From Eledone cirrhosa (taxonomy: Eukaryota): a DNA stretch of 64,000 bases. The translations under genes and the position numbers were made by a program. Positions 58,401-64,000 of this stretch are shown here, in pieces (position 1 is the first letter of the stretch; each line of letters begins with the position of its first letter). Below the pieces are notes generated by a model. The model worked only from the letters and a program-made list of their open reading frames with translations, was not told the origin of the DNA and did not search any database. The DNA lies in the NCBI GenBank assembly GCA_964016885.1, contig OZ024752.1, forward strand, positions 19,220,001 through 19,284,000. The letters run 5' to 3'.

Positions 58401-60530
58401 ATATGTATAAAACTGAACCCCTGAACCACACAGCTATGCTATATGTAGAAAACTGAACCCCTTAACCACACAGCTATGCTATATGTATAAAACTGAACCC
58501 CTAAACCACACAGCTATGCTATATGTATAAAACTGAACCCCTTAACCACACAGCTATGCGATATGTATAAAACTGAACCCCTTAACCACACAGCTATGCT
58601 ATATGTATATAACTGAACCCTTAACCACACAGCTATGCTATATGCATAAAACTGAACCCCTTAACCACACAGCTATGCTATATGTATAAAACGGAAACCC
58701 TTAACCACACAGCTATGCTATATGTATAAAACTGAACCCCTGAACCACACAGCTATGCTATATGTAGAAAACTGAACCCCTTAACCACACAGCTATGCTA
58801 TATGTATAAAACTGAACCCCTAAACCACACAGCTATGCTATATGTATAAAACTTAACCCCTTAACCACACAGCTATGCGATATGTATAAAACTGAACCCC
58901 TTAACCACACAGCTATGCTATATGTATATAACTGAACCCTTAACCACACAGCTATGCTATATGCATAAAACTGAACCCCTTAACCACACAGCTATGCTAT
59001 ATGTATAAAACTGAACCCCTTAGCCACACAGCTATGTATATGTATAAAACTGAACCCCTTAGCCACACAGCTATGTATATGTATAAAACTGAACCCCTTA
59101 ACCACACAGCTATGCTATATCTATAAAACTAAACCCCTTAACCACACAGCTATGCTATATGTATAAAACTGAACCCCTTAACCACACAGCTATGCTATAT
59201 GTATAAAACTGAACTCCTTAACCACACAGCTATGCTATATGTATAAAACTGAACCCCTTAACCACACAGCTATGCTATATGTAGAAAACTGAACCCCTTA
59301 ACCACACAGCTATGCTATATGTATAAAACTGAACCCCTTAACCACACAGCTATGCTATATGTAGAAAACTGAACCCCTTAACCACACAGCTATGCTATAT
59401 GTATAAAACTGAACCCCTTAACCACACAGCTATGCTATATGTATAAAACTGAACTCCTTAACCACACAGCTATGCAATATGTATAAAACTGAAACCCTTA
59501 ACCACACAGCTATGCTATATGTATAAAACTGAACCCCTTAACCACACAGATATGCTATATGTATAAAACTGAACCCCTTAACCACACAGCTATGCTATAT
59601 GTATAAAACTGAACCCCTTAACCACACAGCTATGCTATATGTATAAAACTGAACCCCTTAACCACACAGCTATGCTATATGTATAAAACGGAAACCCTTA
59701 ACCACACAGCTATGCTATATGTATAAAACTGAACCCCTGAACCACACAGCTATGCTATATGTAGAAAACTGAACCCCTTAACCACACAGCTATGCTATAT
59801 GTATAAAACTGAACCCCTAAACCACACAGCTATGCTATATGTATAAAACTGAACCCCTTAACCACACAGCTATGCGATATGTATAAAACTGAACCCCTTA
59901 ACCACACAGCTATGCTATATGTATATAACTGAACCCTTAACCACACAGCTATGCTATATGCATAAAACTGAACCCCTTAACCACACAGCTATGCTATATG
60001 TATAAAACGGAAACCCTTAACCACACAGCTATGCTATATGTATAAAACTGAACCCCTGAACCACACAGCTATGCTATATGTAGAAAACTGAACCCCTTAA
60101 CCACACAGCTATGCTATATGTATAAAACTGAACCCCTAAACCACACAGCTATGCTATATGTATAAAACTGAACCCCTTAACCACACAGCTATGCGATATG
60201 TATAAAACTGAACCCCTTAACCACACAGCTATGCTATATGTATATAACTGAACCCTTAACCACACAGCTATGCTATATGCATAAAACTGAACCCCTTAAC
60301 CACACAGCTATGCTATATGTATAAAACTGAACCCCTTAGCCACACAGCTATGTATATGTATAAAACTGAACCCCTTAGCCACACAGCTATGTATATGTAT
60401 AAAACTGAACCCCTTAACCACACAGCTATGCTATATCTATAAAACTAAACCCCTTAACCACACAGCTATGCTATATGTATAAAACTGAACCCCTTAACCA
60501 CACAGCTATGCGATATGTATAAAACTGAAC
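52130..60530 (+). repeat. Second-subfamily domain with nested HORs: 319 bp (8-mer) within 1316 bp (33-mer), and the ~3-kb block 52130-55150 copied at +5381 (57510-60530)
   Basis: ACGGAAACCC occurs at 52993, 53312, 54309, 54628, 58374, 58693, 59690 and 60009 (spacings 319, 1316, 5381). CAGATATG occurs at ~52853, ~54169, ~58234 and ~59550. ACACGGCT occurs at ~52172 and ~57553. Confidence 0.9.
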
Positions 60531-60999
60531 CCCTTAACCACACAGCTATGCTATATGTATAAAACTGAACCCCTTAACCACACAGCTATGCTATATGTAT
60601 AAAACTGAACCCCTTAACCACACAGCTATGCTATATGTATAAAACTGAACCCCTTAACCACACAGCTATGCTATATGTATAAAACTGAACCCCTTAACCA
60701 CACAGCTATGCTATATGTATAAAACTGAACCCCTTAACCACACAGCTATGCTATATGCATAAAACTGAACCCCTTAACCACACAGCTATGCTTTATGTAT
60801 AAAACTGAACCCCTTAACCACACAGCTATGCTATATGTATAAAACTGAACCCCTTAACCACACAGCTATGCTATATGTATAAAACTGAACCCCTTAACCA
60901 CACAGCTATGCTATATGCATAAAACTGAACCCCTTAACCACACAGCTATGCTATATGTATAAAACTGAACCCCTTAACCACACAGCTATGCTATATGCA

Positions 61000-63900
61000 T
61001 AAAACTGAACCCCTTAACCACACAGCTATGCTATATGTATAAAACTGAACCCCTTAACCACACAGCTATGCTATATGTATAAAACTGAACCCCTTAACCA
61101 CACAGCTATGCTATATGTATAAAACTGAACCCCTTAACCACACAGCTATGCTATATGTATAAAACTGAACCCCTTAACCACACAGCTATGCTATATGCAT
61201 AAAACTGAACCCCTTAACCACACAGCTATGCTTTATGTATAAAACTGAACCCCTTAACCACACAGCTATGCTATATGTATAAAACTGAACCCCTTAACCA
61301 CACAGCTATGCTATATGTATAAAACTGAACCCCTTAACCACACAGCTATGCTATATGCATAAAACTGAACCCCTTAACCACACAGCTATGCTATATGTAT
61401 AAAACTGAACCCCTTAACCACACAGCTATGCTATATGCATAAAACTGAACCCCTTAACCACACAGCTATGCTATATGTATAAAACTGAACCCCTTAACCA
61501 CACAGCTATGCTATATGTATAAAACTGAACCCCTTAACCACACAGCTATGCTATATGTATAAAACTGAACCCCTTAACCACACAGCTATGCTATATGCAT
61601 AAAACTGAACCCCTTAACCACACAGCTATGCTATATGTATAAAACTGAACCCCTTAACCACACAGCTATGCTATATGCATAAAACTGAACCCCTTAACCA
61701 CACAGCTATGCTATATGTATAAAACTGAACCCCTTAACCACACAGCTATGCTATATGTATAAAACTGAACCCCTTAACCACACAGCTATGCTATATGTAT
61801 AAAACTGAACCCCTTAACCACACAGCTATGCTATATGCATAAAACTGAACCCCTTAACCACACAGCTATGCTATATGTATAAATTTGAACCCCTTAGCCA
61901 CACAGCTATGCTATATGTATAAAACTGAACCCCTTAACCACACAGCTATGCTATATGTATAAAACTGAACCCCTTAACCACACAGCTATGCTATATGTAT
62001 AAAACTGAACCCCTTAACTACACAGCTATGCTATATGTATAAAACTGAACCCCTTAACCACACAGCTATGCTATATGTACATAACTGAACTCCTTAACCA
62101 CACAGCTATGCTATATGTATAAAACTGAACCCCTTAACTACACAGCTATGCTATATGTATAAAACAGAACCCCTTAACCACACAGCTATGCTATATGTAT
62201 AAAACTGAACCCCTTAACCACACAGCTATGCTATATGTATAAAACTGAACCCCTTAACCACACAGCTATGCTATATGTATGAAACTGAACCCCTTAGCCA
62301 CACAGCTATGCTATATGTATAAAACTGAAACCCTTAACCACACAGCTATGCTATATGTATAAAACTGACCCCTTAACCACACAGCTATGCTATATGTATA
62401 AAACTGAACCCCTTAACCACACAGCTATGCTATATGTATAAAACTGAACCCCTTAACCACACAGCTATGCTATATGTAGAAAACTGAACCCCTTAACCAC
62501 ACAGCTATGCTATATGTAGAAAACTGAACCCCTTAACCACACAGCTATGCTATATGTATAAAACTGAACCCCTTAACCACACAGCTATGCTATATGTATA
62601 AAACTGAACCCCTTAACCACACAGCTATGGTATATGTATAAAACTGAACCCCTTAACCACACAGCTATGCTATATGTATAAAACTGAACCCCTTAACCAC
62701 ACAGCTATGCTATATGTATAAAACTGAACCCCTTAACCACACAGCTATGCTATATGTATAAAACTGAACCCCTTAACCACACAGCTATGCAATATGTATA
62801 AAACTGAACCCCTTAACCACACAGCTATGCTATATGTATAAAACTGAACCCCTTAACCACACAGCTATGCTTTATGTATAAAACTGAACCCCTTAACCAC
62901 ACAGCTATGCTATATGTATAAAACTGAACCCCTTAACCACACAGCTATGATATATGTATAAAACGGAATCCCTTAACCACACAGCTATGCTATATGTATA
63001 AAACTGAACCCCTGAACCACACAGCTATGCCATATGTACATAACTGAACCCCTTAACCACACAGCTATGCTATATGTACATAACTGAACCCCTTAACCAC
63101 ACAGCTATGCTATATGCATAAAACTGAACCCCTTAACCACACAGCTATGCTATATGTATGAAACTGAACCCCTTAACCACACAGCTATGCTATATGTATA
63201 AAACTGAACCCCTTAACCACACAGGTATGCTATATGTATAAAACTGACACCTTAACCACACAGCTATGCTATATGCATAAAACTGAACCCCTTAACCACA
63301 CAGCTATGCTATATGTATGAAACTGAACCCCTAAACCACACAGCTAAGCTATATGTATAAAACTGAACCCCTAAACCACACAGCTATGCTATATGTATAA
63401 AACTGAACCCCTTAACCACACAGCTATGCGATATGTATAAAATTGAACCCCTTAACCACACAGCTATGCTATATGTATATAACTGAACCCTTAACCACAC
63501 AGCTATGCTATATGTATATAACTGAACCCCTTAACCACACAGCTATGCTATATGCATAAAACTGAACCCCTTAACCACACAGCTATGCTATATGTATAAA
63601 ACTGAACCCCTTAGCCACACAGCTATGTATATGTATAAAACTGAACCCCTTAGCCACACAGCTATGTATATGTATAAAACTGAACCCCTTAACCACACAG
63701 CTATGCTATATGTATAAAACTAAACCCCTTAACCACACAGCTATGCTATATGTATAAAACTGAACCCCTTAACCACACAGCTATGCGATATGTATAAAAC
63801 TGAACCCCTTAACCACACAGCTATGCTATATGTATATAACTGAAACCCTTAACCACACGGCTATGCTATATGCATAAAACTGAACCCCTTAACCACACAG

Positions 63901-64000
63901 CTATGCTATATGTATACAACTGAACCCCTTAACCACACAGCTATGCTATATGTATGAAACTGAACCCCTTAACCACACAGCTATGCTATATGTATAAAAC
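61000..64000 (+). repeat. Long segment copy of ~47900-50920 (offset 13,083 bp), preceded by a local 440-bp (11-mer) duplication at ~60.6-61.5 kb
   Basis: Shared markers: ATGCTTTATG ~48150/~61233, AAATTTGAA ~48801/~61884, ACATAACTGAACTCC ~49008/~62091, ATGATATATG ~49866/~62949, ACACGGCT ~50776/~63859. The GCAT/CTTT pair at 60758/60793 recurs at 61198/61233. Confidence 0.88.

Larger units (their letters stand above)
1..64000 (+). repeat. 40-bp satellite DNA tandem array, consensus AACTGAACCCCTTAACCACACAGCTATGCTATATGTATAA, ~1,603 head-to-tail copies, extends beyond both window ends
   Basis: Seen directly: the 40-mer (e.g. 41-80, 121-160) repeats without spacer or inversion from base 1 to 64000. 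Most copies are exact and the rest carry 1-4 substitutions or a 1-bp deletion. Register tracking gives ~123 bp net deletion, so the mean period is ~39.9 bp. Each consensus monomer has one AluI (AGCT) and one MseI (TTAA) site. Confidence 0.99.

Noticed and set aside
1-64000. CRISPR array (repeat length in the CRISPR range)
   Set aside because: Units are directly adjacent with no unique spacers, no leader and no cas genes.
1-64000. Rolling-circle, reverse-transcriptase or telomerase-type concatemer of one short template (e.g. DRT2-like cDNA or an amplification artefact)
   Set aside because: Variants recur in ordered multi-kb strings with nested phylogeny, which requires copying of long DNA segments rather than repeated copying of one 40-nt template. 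There is no stop-free frame and no RT gene.
1-64000. Variant monomers as an information-encoding or diversity-generating cassette system
   Set aside because: The variant patterns are fully explained by point mutation plus segmental duplication. There is no associated enzyme, recombination site or expression locus in the window.
1-64000. tRNA, rRNA, ribozyme or other structured ncRNA
   Set aside because: There is no recognisable conserved motif, and self-complementarity is limited to palindromes of 10 bp or less.

Overview
The whole 64,000-bp window is one uninterrupted, single-orientation, head-to-tail tandem array (satellite DNA) of a 40-bp monomer. The consensus is AACTGAACCCCTTAACCACACAGCTATGCTATATGTATAA (37.5% GC; C11:G4 skew on +; no CpG). 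By hand-tracking the register I count about 1,603 monomers with about 123 bp of net 1-bp deletions. I saw no genes, RNA genes, transposon insertions, CRISPR spacers or inversions, and stop codons close every reading frame within about 3 monomers. The information lies in the order of rare variant monomers. These reveal nested higher-order repeats (79, 240, 319, 440, 1277, 1316, 1396, 1555 and 2358 bp) and long non-adjacent near-identical segment copies (offsets of about 5.4, 12.7, 13.1, 16.0, 18.5, 20.9 and 35.8 kb). They also show two variant subfamilies (about 3.3-50.5 kb versus about 50.5-60.5 kb plus the window start) and one small, more diverged single-copy patch (about 55.4-56.25 kb). The monomer contains a telomere-like C-rich motif, a perfect RUNX-type site (AACCACA) and TATAAAA; any function for these is inference. 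The source is most likely eukaryotic heterochromatic (peri/centromeric or subtelomeric) DNA, but the organism cannot be identified from the sequence. I found no support for a novel protein-coding system. Segment boundaries were read by eye and are approximate.
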